Shown one piece after another: positions 25,086 through 37,800 of a stretch of 64,000 nt of DNA. The DNA comes from Phoronis australis (lineage: Eukaryota > Animalia > Phoronida), in NCBI GenBank assembly GCA_002633005.1, contig NMRA01000335.1:248001-312000 (forward strand), in the 5' to 3' direction. Each line of letters opens with the position of its first letter. Position 1 is the stretch's first letter. The notes under the pieces were generated by a model. The model searched no databases and was not told the origin of the DNA. It saw only the letters and a list, made by a program, of their open reading frames with translations. The position numbers and the translations under genes were made by a program.

Positions 25086-25388
25086 GTAAGAACAATGAAT
25101 TTTTGAAAGTCTCCATTTTGTATTTCTTCTGCTTTAACCTGGCGGTTATTGTCTGCCTGTATCCTTTGCCGTTTAATGAGTCATAGTCTATTTGTGGGTG
25201 TGATGAAAGGTTTGCCTTTGGTCCTGGCTTTGGTCAGTTTGGAAATCCCCAGTCAGATTCACGTCATCTCGTTCGTTGACGTTCGGAATTTAAAGGCTTG
25301 GCATTCAAGTGTTCGTGTGTGTACTGTGGGTTGTTGTGTGAAGTGTTGAAACTGGTAAACAACAGCCTTACCACCAGTCCATGAAAAT

Positions 25389-28300
25389 ATGCCAGTCATG
25401 CTTGTTCAGGGATTCATCTTGTTGACAGTTGGCCAACTTGTCACAGGTGAGCTCCTTATTTAGGCCTAAGTACATTTTTATGCGCCTACTAATTTACATG
25501 TGGGCGCATCAATAGGTCCGTCCCGAATTACATGGCGATAGCACTCTCCTTTGTATCAGAGGCAAGAAAGTGCATTACCTCAAATGGAAATCAGGCACAT
25601 TTTCGCAAATATGTTGGAAACTAGCGAGTTGTATTGCCGTTTTAATATTCCTGCTTTCAACCGTCCATTAAGTACCGAAATTGAACGGATGTTCAGTTCA
25701 AAATTAACCCATTGAACTTCTTTTACCTACTGGCTTCTCATTTTCTTGTCTCTCAATGATGTCGGGGAAAACAAAGAACTTCACATCACGCATCCACAGG
25801 TATTTTCCGGTTTATCAAACAGTCCTCACTTCGGAGTTGCAGCCCACAGCATAGACAATGACCATCGTCTCTATCCAGAGTAGAGAAGATGAAGCTCCTA
25901 TAGGGGCTCCATACGTAGTTGATTTTCTGAATTGGAAATGCTATCAAATGACCATCAAATACTAAATCAGATTTCCACAGACGTACTAATATGTGTAAAG
26001 CCATTTTGGTCTCGTACCTTATGTACACAGATGCCACGCTAATACTCGTGTGATTTAAGTAGCTTTTATGTATCTTATGTCTACCGGAAGCATGGTTTGA
26101 ATAGTATCATGGATTAGGATATGTGTTCGTCAGTGAGTGTTTTGGAAAATGAAAAAGGTTAATTTTTAAGAGTAGAGACTATACAAAAGGGTCACAGATT
26201 TTACATTAACCCTGTATCTTTTAGTGGTTCTGCGTTTGTTTCCTAAAAGAGTGAGGATTCAATATACGAGTCTTTGCAGGCAATTTACCAATAAATCGCG
26301 GGTATGCGATCATCATCTGCTGCGTCAGGAGCAAATTTTTAGCAATTGAAGGGTTTGGCCGTTTTCAACGTGAGGCGAAAATGGCGACGAACAGATGTCA
26401 AAGTTAACGACTTTGGTTTTGTCTCGCCGTAATTTTGAAATAACTGCTGACATGAGAATGGTTTATTTTTCACAAGTAAGATTTCCTTACTGAGTGATCT
26501 ATCTCAAGAAGGGATATTTTTGTCTTAAAAGAGTGTGCGTCCTTTTTCCCAGGGGCACAAAAATAGTGACGTGTCCGCCGGTATACTCATTAGGCCTAAT
26601 AGAAGTTTTCAATGAAGCTTATCATGTTTGCAAAAAACATTTTTTGGAAAATTCTACAGAACAAATTGAAAACAATATATCACGCTGGAGAATTTCTGTT
26701 TACTCATCACATTGCTGTGCCCGCGCATGGACAGCTGTAGGCTGATCCATTTCAACAAAAACCTAAATGATAGATGATTTTCCCGATTGTACAGAAGGCA
26801 GCATAAGGAGAACAGGGGTGGCATCAGTGGTCAAGGTTCAAGTTTTCTAGATGACACAGTCCTGAATACTTGTAACAATGTGGGTGCGGCAGTTTCGAGC
26901 TGTAAACGCAACTGTTCCCAAGGGAAGTTGGTCATTGATTCAGGCGCAAGGTCTTCATTGGCAAGGGTTGCTTCTTTTGGCAAGGCCTTTACTTCTTGCT
27001 TGATCTCATACATTATGATTTGGAGCATTGTATCTTTGCCCCTCTTTGTTCAATTTCTACTTACTACTTTCGCATGCCCTTGCTTAATTTCCATGGGTAT
27101 TGATATCTGAAATTACAAGATTGCATTTAGAATAGGCAAATGGCACTGCGCACAAGACATTGAAAGATAAGTAAATTAGTTACGAATTTGGACAGGACAT
27201 CTGAATTTTTAGTTCAATGTTCATGCGCGCACCCAGCCTTCTTGTTTCCCTGAGGCGGACCTTTTTGCCCACTTTGCCAAATGGGGGGGGGGCTAATTCA
27301 TTGGTAATTTATGACAGGGGCAGATGGGGAAGAAGTGGCGATAACTGAAATTGATGACTTTTGTTTACTTTATGGCACTCAATGTTTACACATAAGTTCC
27401 TCTCACAAATTTGTGTGTAAAATCATGTATTGCGGCATTGGTTTCGGTGCCGGTTTGTTTTCACATGAAAGAGTGTATTTTTCCATGCTTTGATTTTGTT
27501 TTCTGTCACTTTTCATTGATTGTTTCATGCGCGCAACCAGCCTAAAAATGGGGGGCTCGAATTTTTGAGCATGTGTACCTTGTACTAAGATTCACAGGGT
27601 CCGTTCTTATGTTCAGACTCTTGTGATACAACACTTTGATACAACACTTCGTATGCGATGTTTGAGAAATATGATGAACGCCAAAATCTCTCATTCTCCA
27701 AACTCCAGAACTGGAATCGAGAAAGTTTCTGAGTTATAAAATTTAAAGTATGCCAAAAACTGAAGATTTTTTTATTCCAATTGTGTTACTGTTGATTCTA
27801 CTATAGTTTGCTGTTGTATTCACAGGTGGCAGTCACCCTAACTGCAGCAACCCTGAGCTTGGTCAGAACACAGATAAGACATGTGGTTGGAAGTTCTACT
27901 TGCCAACCTCACACACAGACCTTACTATCCATCCAGAGGGCAAGTGTATTGCCTGCTATAGTAATGCCTGTTCTGACACTCGGTCTCAACGTTGTAGACA
28001 GCATTGCTTCAGTAAGTCATTGGTGGTGCCGTGCTTTATTAAAGACACTAAACGTTCAGAAGGGGGCTGGCTGTTCAGTTGGGCAAGCTTGAATTTTATA
28101 TTGGCAAGGAACTGAGCATTGTTGTTATTGTCATATACTGCAGGTTTCTCCCTCAACAAAATTTCAAACAAGATGCAAATTATTTGTTTTCGTGTTCTCG
28201 CGTAGTATCGTTGTTACTGTTAAATAATAAAATGTGCACTGCTTTGGAACACAATTTCAATCTTTCTTGCTTAAAAGCAGAAAAATTGGGCTTTTCAAAC

Positions 28301-31174
28301 GTGGCTCATGGTTTCCAAACATTGTGGAAAACATTTCAAACATGATTCAGCAGCAGCAGCATGTTTGAACACATGTAGGGAGAACAGGGTGCAGGTTTTT
28401 TCGTTATACTGTTCAATTTCTTTCAAAGGTAACTTGAATGTTCATTTTTTCCATGTTTTCCTTGGCTTTAACATGTATGATTTGTTTGTTGCAGAGTATT
28501 GGCAGTTGTGTGTCAATTACACAGAACCCAAACCTATTCCAGAGGTCGAGCTTGATGTGAAGCCATCGGAGACACAGCCAAATGTATGTACTTTAAGTTT
28601 CTTGCATAGCACCTACCCCACATTTTCCTAGCCAAGCTTTGACAATAGTTAAGGGATGATATGTACTTAAACCTGTTACAGTAATATCGGGTGATAGTGG
28701 TTTGTATTTAATCAGACATTCCGTCGCTGTTTTGCTGTTGTTGTTTAGTGCTTAAGGGCACTACAGAAATGGCTAAAAACAGATTGTGTTACAATTTATA
28801 AAAGTGTGTCGATTGCTGTCAAAGAAAATGACGACACATGGTGAACAAAGCAAAATTTAAAATATTCAAGTCATTAGATTGTACGAGTAGTCTGCCATTA
28901 ATATCAATGCATTTAACAACTTTTGACTGAAGCGATGATTCCTGTTTTTTCGTTGTTCACGCAACAGTTTCACCCAATCCTTTGCAACAGCTGGTTACCA
29001 GGGTTGTTTTACCACACCCGTTAACTTCATTGTCGTGAATGCGGCCAGGCGTACTTGAAGTCTTTAAATATCCTAATGACATTTATTGACTAGTCGTCTA
29101 TACTTCCTTGTGTTCATTGTTTTCTCTCGTTGCAGGCAGCTGCCCACTATGTTGGTCCAGTTGTGGCTGTAGTGATAGCGTTGGTGCTGATTGTGATAGC
29201 ATTTGCATTGGTAAAGAGAAGTCGGGTAGGTATCTTTCAAGTAATAACTCTGTTTACCTTTCAGGTGAGAAAAATGTCTGCAGTAGTTTTTAATATAAAT
29301 TGGAGAGCTTCGAAATTTTGTCGAATTTCGAAACTGTCCAACATGCCTTACTATCCATTTCTTTTCGACTAGAACATGTATCCCTGCAAATTCCCAACAG
29401 AGTCTGTGCATGTATGATTCCATGAACTTTGGCGCAACAACTTGTGCTTTATAGATAAACAATTGGTGGCTTGGCATAATAAAATCACATAAAACTGACT
29501 GAAGTTCCTCAAAATGTAATTTTATTGCAACAAGTGCTAGACTAAAGTGCGCAATAATTCTGGCAAGAAGGTCACCTGAGTTTGGCTGAGTCTTGTATAT
29601 GTAATATGGCCAAAGTGTATCTGCTTCTTTATTTTGAAAACTACTGTATAATGAGAAAACCTGAATGTGTTTTTTTTTTAGTTTTTCAAAAAATGACCAC
29701 TTGTTCAGTTCTAAGCTTCTACTAAAAACATATAAAAGGTAATTTACACCAATAACAGTTTTTGGCCAAAGTAACAGCACAAAGTTGAGACGCGATTCAT
29801 AAATACATAATGGTTAGCCACATAGTTTCCTTGACTCATGTGTTGGCAAATTTATGTTAAAACAACAACAACAACTGTCAAAGCCTGTTGAGTTCGAGCC
29901 TGAAAAAGAAAAGATATTTGTCGAGTTGCCATTTGCTGGCAATTCTTCTGTTACTCTTGATCATCAGTGACTCAGGTTGTTGGGAGTTATAGAACTACCT
30001 GCTTTAAATATTCATTTTGTTTTCAAGCCATGTAACAGACTCATGGTGTTGTCTAGACTCAAATTTATTAAGAACTCAACATAATAGTGGTGTTATTTAC
30101 CAAATCAATTGTAGCAGTTGTGATGACTTTTATATGCAGGCACGACAACTAGGATTTTGCAAACTAGAGTCAATGAGCATGCTAAGGATCTCAACAATTC
30201 TCTATTTACTCAGTGTTAAGTGGTCACCAGATTGTCTTTTCTGGAGTTCCGATACTAGACACAGACACTAACAAGTTCAAGATGTGTATCCTTGAATCTA
30301 TTCACATCAAACGGATTTATGCTGAGAGGTCGCTCAAATGAAATGTTGTCATACGGTTTAGAGTTATTCTGATCATTGCCTTGTCAGCTTGACAGTACTG
30401 GTCATGCATTGTGGTATTCATTTGGTATTTTGATTGTATTGCCAGTCTGGGACGTTGATTAAAACTGAAACGTTGACTTCGACATGAATTGTGTCTCGAT
30501 TTTTATTTTGAACATTCTGCTAATTTACGCCACCAATCTCACTGTCATTTTCATTTCTCTTTTCCAGAACCATGTGCATGCCAATCGAACAATGCAGCCG
30601 GTGACTGACGATGAGGGGGAGTTGATGGTTAGCGCTACGGGTTAACCTTCCAACTGAGCTAGCAGTAGTCTCAGTATTATGGCGGAAAGTTTTCTGGGAA
30701 CAACTGTTAAAATCACAATTGATAGGGATTGTTTGTGCGGTAGTTTTTGAAGTTTCCCCACACAAAACCGCGACAAAATATCAAATTCTTCTTTTCGACT
30801 AGAAGTTATTTCAGTTCTAACTAAATGTCAACAAAATCCTGACCATTGCTGCATCATGCTTTTAGTTGAAATGGTGACAATGTGACATTCAAGTTCATTC
30901 AAAAACAGCTATCTTCTAGTTATGATAAGGGCACACTAAGTTCTTTACCAAGTTTTGCAAAAATGGCTTGAAGTTTGTCCAATTTTTGGCATATTCCAGC
31001 AGTCCTGCCAAAGTTTGTCTTGTATATATTTGTACATTTGTGTATTTTTTGTATATATTACTGTTAGATGATGACAGCAGGATCACTAGTCATAACCCTC
31101 GTTTTTTACAAGATCCCTGGGATGAGTTTTCCCCCACTGTTCAGAAGAATATTCCGACTCTGTCAGCCACCTAA
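25389..31174 (+). CDS. Small type-I membrane protein with one cysteine-rich domain (TACI/BCMA/Grindelwald-like TNFR-type CRD), about 200 aa
   Basis: join: 25389-25446 (SP MPVMLVQGFILLTVGQLVTG), 27826-28011 (CRD), 28495-28583, 29136-29225 (TM), about 30568-30640, 31068-31174. The first four exons have clear GT-AG sites and matching phases (1,1,0). The splicing of the cytoplasmic exons is uncertain. Confidence 0.72.
26705..27106 (-). pseudogene. Decayed transposon-associated exon (DUF6589-type protein N-terminal region)
   Basis: After acceptor gtaatttcag: EIKQEVKAL...ESMTNFPWEQLRLQLETAAPTLLQVFRTV..*..LCCLLYNREN...WISLQLSMRGH with two in-frame TGA. Family assigned from remembered motif only. 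Confidence 0.45.
27222..27570. mobile_element. Two partial reverse-oriented pieces of the same MITE family (27222-27293, 27527-27570)
   Basis: Both start catgcgcgca(c/a)ccagcct; they contain tgtttccctgaggcggacc and ggggggctcgaa, matching the family. Confidence 0.55.
27826..28011 (+). CDS. Cysteine-rich ectodomain exon
   Basis: cacag|GSHPNCSNPELGQNTDKTCGWKFYLPTSHTDLTIHPEGKCIACYSNACSDTRSQRCRQHCF|gtaagt, phase 1-1. Confidence 0.82.
28495..28583 (+). CDS. End of CRD + Pro/Glu stalk exon
   Basis: ttgcag|(K)YWQLCVNYTEPKPIPEVELDVKPSETQPN|gtatgt. Confidence 0.8.
29136..29225 (+). CDS. Transmembrane exon
   Basis: ttgcag|AAAHYVGPVVAVVIALVLIVIAFALVKRSR|gtaggt; hydrophobic helix followed by basic stop-transfer residues. 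Confidence 0.85.
29870..30345 (+). mobile_element. Penelope-like retroelement remnant (GIY-YIG endonuclease region), decayed
   Basis: With frameshifts and stops: EKIFVELPFAG..., FVFKP..RL, SGVIYQINCSSCDDFY, GTTTRILQTRVNEH, ILESIHIK. Lies in an intron of the TNFR-like gene. Confidence 0.85.
30568..31174 (+). CDS. Probable cytoplasmic-tail exons (30568-about 30640 and 31068-31174)
   Basis: Strong acceptor tttctcttttccag at 30567 (NHVHANRTMQPVTDDEGELMVSAT) and acceptor ctgttag at 31067 (DDSRITSHNPRFLQDPWDEFSPTVQKNIPTLSAT*). The donor choice is ambiguous. Confidence 0.45.
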
Positions 31175-34000
31175 TCAAGTCTCTGGTGGCCATTTTATTA
31201 GTGCAAGTCTGTAGTCGCAAACTTAGTTTGGCAACTTATAGCCTAATCTTGCTTTGTGAATGGAAATGGCTTTTCTCCCATAATTCAACATCTGGGCCCA
31301 GTCGTTTAATTTCATCAGTGGCGGCCATTTGCAAGTGCGCATTAGTTAGGTCGCAATCTTAATTTGGAAACTCATGGCACGTCGCTAGTGTGGTCTCGTC
31401 AAACACACAACACAATCGGACTGCACTCCTGACCCCTGACCTTTCGCTAGTTAATCACTGGTTTGGTAACCCATTTATGATATTATGTAAAATGATAATC
31501 GTCACGTGGCACCCTGCTATAGGTGCCTACAATGACTGCATGACTGTTTTTACACCCCATAGCTATTATTCGCCATAGCTATGTTTGATCTTGATCATGG
31601 CTGGTTGAAGCAGTCTTATGTTATTACTCATGTAACACAACCAACTAGATAGATGATGTTGATCATGCTTCTATTGTTAAACGATGGTAGTAGTGATTGT
31701 GTTCATGTCCTGCTGGCTAAATATCCTGTAACGAAAATCCTAACTTAAACGGATACCAAACTGGCTTTTGGCTATAGCAGATATAAACATTTAGCATAAA
31801 ATATATCAAAATTGTGTCTATTGTTGCAGTAGGGACTTTAATTGGTAATAGAATCTTTTCAATTATTGCAAATGTGTTTACTGTACATGTTGTAAATTTT
31901 CCTTTCCGTATATATTGATATTTCTAAATCGATTGTTATATTCAAATTTCTCTTTGCAAACTGAATGACAATAGGACTGTCCTGGATTACACAGCGACAA
32001 CTGAATTTCACGGTATTCAACTCATATAATGCTATAAAATCGGTCAATGCACTTCTCTAGCCTAGTTTTCGGGTCATTGGAATTTCTCAAGTTATTTTGT
32101 TGGTGCCTCGCTTTTTCAAGTTTTCTCAACTTCACTAGCTGTGTTCTTCCTTCAAATGCCAGTGAAGTTTTACTGCTGTGCTGTGGGCTGTAACTCCCAA
32201 TGGCAGAAAGTTGGTTACCATACAAGCTTACCAATTTAGAACACAATATCACAATGGAATTTTATTTCTTCTTGTGAAATGTAGCCACCATCGAACAAAC
32301 TTTTGAAAAATTCTGGACATTCACACCAAAGTTAGAAGCCTTTGAAACGTGAAAAAGAGTCATTTTGGCAATTATTTTTTCTGAAGTTTTACCGTACACT
32401 TGACATTTGTAAAATGAAGCTAGTGTAACTACGCATTTTCCTACACCTAGGGCAAAAGGAGTTCTATCTGGGATTTTGACATCCCAGCTACATACGCACT
32501 CCATGACCCTGAAAACGAGGACTACTCTGCATGTTGAATTTTTTAACATCATTATTACTGCAAGACAAAGAAATCAGACAGAATACCATTTTCCAACCAT
32601 GACGCCGAATTCTGTAAACAACAAACACTACTGGTAAAAACTATTACGGTAGGGGTGCAATATTGTAATCACGGAATGGCTTAGCCACCTGTCACTAACA
32701 TTCCTATTAACTCCCCTGCATTAACGGTCATGAGGGGAGACAACTTTCGTGATGAATACCTCCACCACTCGGGTGTCACCAGAGAGGAATTACCAGTCAT
32801 TCTGTCTGAATACATTTGGTTTGTACAGCGCAAGTGGATTGAGGAGTATGTTCTATATGGGAAACAGTTGAACAATAACCATGGCGCAAATTTTAAAATA
32901 TGCAAGCGGCTTGGCTTATCTGCTACAAAATGGTAGGTGTTGACGATGTGTATTCCATTTATGGTGAAAAGTTCTAAGAATGATCAAATTTTAAAAACAA
33001 GAAAACAACCAACTTTTCGGATAAGGGTGCATTAGCAGTCTTAGCATTTTTAGGCTTTGCGATACAAATATCAATCCACATTAGAATCAATATGCTAAGG
33101 ACTACTGTTCTTGTTTTTACTTTTAAAAGTCACAATAACAAACATTAGTGTGTGTCGTACACATTGTACTCAAAACATTGTCAGACACAGTACAAAAACC
33201 TACATTAACAGCACTAATTTGTGGTCAGGAGAACATAATAATATTCAAGCCAATCACAGAAGAAAGCCATCATTTGAAATGCAGGCAAATACAAGGTAGT
33301 AAAACAAGGCTCCAGAATCGTATATGCCTAAATCCAATATTCAAACTCTGCTATGGAGATGGTGGATAAACTTAAGAAAAATACAGGTTAGGTCTCCAAA
33401 TCCAAAAGCCTAGAAACGATACAAGCTATCAGTTACTGCACCAGGAGTAACTTGAACTAAGAGCTGGCTGGTCAGTGCACTTTATGCGTTCAATGACTGC
33501 ACTGTTGCTCCACCCTGACACATTGCTACTCCAACAAACTGGGTGTATTAGCTCTAGAAATAACGTCTCAGCTACATAGCTTAACACAAAAATGTGACCC
33601 GAAACACAAGAACAAGTGGAATCCAATGATATTGAACACTGAAGTTCAGGGTGCACTACATTACAGCTAGACACAACACTGAAACTCTAAGCTTCCCAGA
33701 TGGCAAGGCTACAATATCCTTGTCAACAATGTTTTATCCAATTTCATGTTAATGCTCATATTGAATCATGATTTTTGATTGATAACTTTAATTTCAGAAG
33801 TTTGCTGCGATTAATATTCTTAACATCTGACCTCTTACGTAATGCTGACCTTCATTCATATTAAAATGGTAGCAGAAACATTACAGAGCATCATACCGCT
33901 GGTCACTACAAGTTAGAGCACCTGGCTAAATTACCAATGTGCAAAGTCTTGTGACAAGTAACTGAGGCATGGAGAAAGTAAAACAATGAATATCATTGGC

Positions 34001-34149
34001 CAACAGCACTGTCTGCATGTGCTGTTACAACAAGATGGAAAACGTAAAATGAAGAATACCACTGACCAACAGCACTGTCTGCATGTGTTACAACAAGATG
34101 GAAAACGTAAAATGAAGAATACCGCTAAGACTAACAGCACTGTCTGCAT
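34001..34149. repeat. About 65-bp tandem duplication (about 2.3 copies)
   Basis: caacagcactgtctgcatgtg..ttacaacaagatggaaaacgtaaaatgaagaatacc repeated. Confidence 0.88.
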
Positions 34150-34326
34150 CGAGTGTGGTTACAAGATGACATGCCTTGGGCACTTTGTGATATTCCCCCA
34201 GTCACTTAAAGTAGTGCTTAACCCATGATTTCCGTTAAAAGATCACATTTTGATTCATGTTGAGATGTGAAATTTTACGAGCTTGGTCTGAGAGGAAATA
34301 GCAACAAGAGAACCACACAGAAATCA

Positions 34327-34584
34327 TGTCTAAACTGAGCAAGGAAAAATATGGGACCAATTTTGTCTAAACTGAGCAAGGAAAATGTGGGACCAATTTT
34401 GTCTAAACTGCGCAAGAATTAATATGGGACCAATTTTGTCTAAACTGGGCAAGGAACAATATGGGACCAATTTTGTCTAAACTGGGCAAGGAACAGTATG
34501 GGACAAATTTTTTCTAAACTGTGCAAGGAACAGAATGGGACCAATTTTGTCTAAACTGGGCAAGGAACAACATGGAACCAATTT
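34327..34584. repeat. Minisatellite, about 37-bp unit x7, in the aGPCR 3'UTR
   Basis: Unit tgtctaaactg(a/g)gcaaggaacaatatgggaccaattt. Confidence 0.93.
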
Positions 34585-34744
34585 TGTAACATTAAGTGAT
34601 GGTAAGAGCAACGACAATTTTGTAGTTAATAAATTTTGTAATGGTAAGCATCCTGTATCAAAACTTATTCCTTTGACAGAAAACCTGTGTTTAACGTTGC
34701 CTCAAATACAGCATGAGTGTGCAGTTTCATGACAGCCACAGTGG

Positions 34745-34879
34745 CTAAACAGCTGTCTGTCTGACTCCATCGTCGTCTGACAAGTTCTCTAAACTATGAA
34801 CTCTCAAGTCGAGCTTCTTCTCCTTTCTTCCTTGTTTTCCTCTTCTTGGCACAAGAGGTTCGTTTCCACAGGCTCCGTG
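34745..34879 (-). CDS. aGPCR exon 21: C-terminus with class I PDZ-binding motif
   Basis: Acceptor ttttgatttttag; HGACGNEPLVPRRGKQGRKEKKLDLRVHSLENLSDDDGVRQTAV*. Confidence 0.85.
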   Translation of the reverse strand, partial: HGACGNEPLVPRRGKQGRKEKKLDLRVHSLENLSDDDGVRQTAV

Positions 34880-37800
34880 CTAAAAATCAAAAGCGAGAAA
34901 ACGGTCTGTTAAGACATTCAGGAACATTTTGTTAAAATACTAAAGGGTGGCCCCCTCCAAACATGACAAGAGAAAGAAAAACTAAATGCAGCATACTGTA
35001 CAATTGATGAAGCCATCGCGGACCTTTGTTATTTAATAACAATTGGCTTACCTCACGATATCCACAGTAAACAACAGGAAAGTTTGATAACAACACAAAA
35101 AGAACAAATAAGTAAGAAACCTCGGGCACACATTTTGCTCTCCATTTTGTAATGCTCACATCAACAGCACAGCCTCTTTGGTGACCGAGTACATTTCACT
35201 TTGCATCAGTCAGCTGGAATAAAACTGTCGAGTGCCCTTTCAAAACTGCAGAATTTTAAGCTATGATTAAATATTTAAGGTGAAGCGACACCCTCGCTAC
35301 TCTTCTCCAAACTTACGGTATGCTCATCCTCCTCCTGTCCATCCTCACTATTGTCACCAGACAACGAGTCTTGTGACTGATTAAGCCCCTCTGCTGATGA
35401 AGTTAACTCGTAACCCTGCATAGCCAAGTTCTTCCTAATTCTCCGTTGTTTGTAGATGTTTCGAACCTCCTCGTTAAGTAAAAAGTAAAACACCAGAAAG
35501 AATGAGCCCTGAAACAAATAAATAAGCTTTAGTTGTTCTTAAGTTTACACAGAAACAGAGGTTTCAACATGATTAACATAATGAAGAACAACTTGTCAGC
35601 ATTTGTTGGTGACAAGAAATAAAATTCAGTTTTGCGAGACAACGTGGCAGATAACTGAAATTTCACTTTTTCATACAATTTCTTTAAGAAAAAGAAATCA
35701 TTCAGAAAATATTACCTCGAAGTAACTTTCAGCATTGTTTGTATGTTGTAGTTGTTACCAAACAGCAAACTTCTAGTGAAATTTTGATCACTTTCAAAAA
35801 CGGCAGTTGTGATATTTGTTTGTCCTCAAATGGAACATTTAGTACATATGGTAATGATACCATATCGTTATTTTTCAAATTATTAACATATAGGTGCAAG
35901 CTTCATAACATTATCTAGTGTATATGCGAACACCTTAAAACTGTCAATGCACTACATTAAACAATGTGGCAAGCTCCCCTCATAAGCAAAATTCACCTTA
36001 GTTTTTTCTCGACTTTTGCTCTTAAGAGTTTTCACACATTTTGCGTTTGGAAGGGGTAACCAGTCCGCATAGTGGCTTAGAACTTTGCGGATGATTGTAA
36101 ATCATGGGTGTTGTTCACACACAACAGGCGTTTGGAAATTAACATGCAACTAACTCCACCTCATCGAGGTAGGGCAACTTGTTTTAGGGTAACTTGCATC
36201 ACTTCTAATCACTGTGTGGTCACAAACCTGGGGCAAGGCTGGAGTAATTATCAGATGCTATAACATAATAGATAGACAGGTCTTTTGTGTGGCGTCATTG
36301 TCATGCACAGAGCAAAAATTTCCACTCCACCTTAGTTATCGGATTTGTGAACGCGGACCCCCCACTTAAAAGTGGGGTAAGTTGCACAAGACATAAGTTC
36401 AAGTTGTTCTCGGATAGGCTGTGTAAAGACAGAACTCTAGCATACAAAATGTACAGTTAGCCTGTAACTAAACACAGCTTAACAAAGTGTTAATGGTCCT
36501 GGCTGAGAAGATAATTGTTTTTTAACTCCCTTTGGATTTTGAATAGCCAAGCCCGAAATACCACGGTGAGATTTCAGACATAGGCCACCTTTACAAACAG
36601 ATGCATGGGACAAAATACCCCATTCACTGAAAATATAAAAGAAACAAGACAAATCGATTTTAAAGTTTAACGGGGTACAAGTAAAGTATTAAATTCCTAA
36701 AGGCAGACACTGAGGAGCTTTAGAAACAAAACTGATGACTTGCTAATTACCTGCAACAAATTAAACAGGGCAAATAAATACTTGATGATGCTCCCCCTCA
36801 TTTTGAGTGATAGAAACGCAAATGCCCAGACGACACTGAGTAGAATAAGCTGAGTCCACAAGGCCCTGGTGTGATTTCTGCAACAAAACACGGCAAACGT
36901 TAAATTCAATCCACAGTGCTTCCGCAACGACTTTTTCTTCACTGATCAGCAGTGCAGTTCACCACAGACAGGGTCGTCGCACATCGTATGTTCATCTTGC
37001 AAAATTTGTTCGCGTTTTGCGAAATAAAATTTTGATTTTCCACGAGTTGTTTTTCCACAAAATGTATACTGACGGTAATTTCTCAAGTTAGTGATCATTG
37101 GCATGCATAACTGAATGGATTGCATCAACTCACGATATGGCTGATAAAATCAAGAACTTGTTTACTTATCTTAAGGACATTTTCTGTATTGACCTTTTTG
37201 ATTTGTCATCCGTTCATCACGGTTGTGTGGAAACTATTTTGTCATCTCCCAGTTTTCCATGAATAAAGCCATTATATCAAATAACACTGTCCCAGCGTTA
37301 GCTTCATAACAATTTGTCTTCACTAACGTATTAGTACAACACTGGCCTCAAATGTACATGGCCAAAAACCTATTACACAGATTTTCAGTGATCTGACTTA
37401 CTGTAACAATTTATTGGCTGACTCGTCCTTGGCGTAAGAGCTTTCGTTTTGTTCCTTGGCGGTGAACGTTAACACAAGCATAGCAACGCAAACAATGCCC
37501 ATTGGGGGCCCCAGGAACAACCAGATATACTCCCAGGCAATCCAGCACCTGTCAACAGAAAATCAACTGAGAGAGGCCACAAGCATTAATCACTTGGTAC
37601 GGTGCACAACAAAACGTTCAGACAAACATTCTGTAATTTCTGTCATGACTGGTTTGAAGAAGTAAAATTCATCATCAAGGAAGTGTTCCCCCATGATGGA
37701 GGTGAAATAACAGGGAAATCTGTAATTAGAATTTTTCCACTACAATAGTCATTACCAGTCAGTCTTGCATTTATTACAATTAGCCATTAAGACAAGGGAA

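Noticed and set aside
29073-29780. 235-aa minus-strand ORF
   Set aside because: Non-ATG start, low-information composition, antisense to the TM exon and intron.
34327-34584. 37-bp repeats as a CRISPR array
   Set aside because: Units are contiguous with no unique spacers; eukaryotic context and no cas genes.
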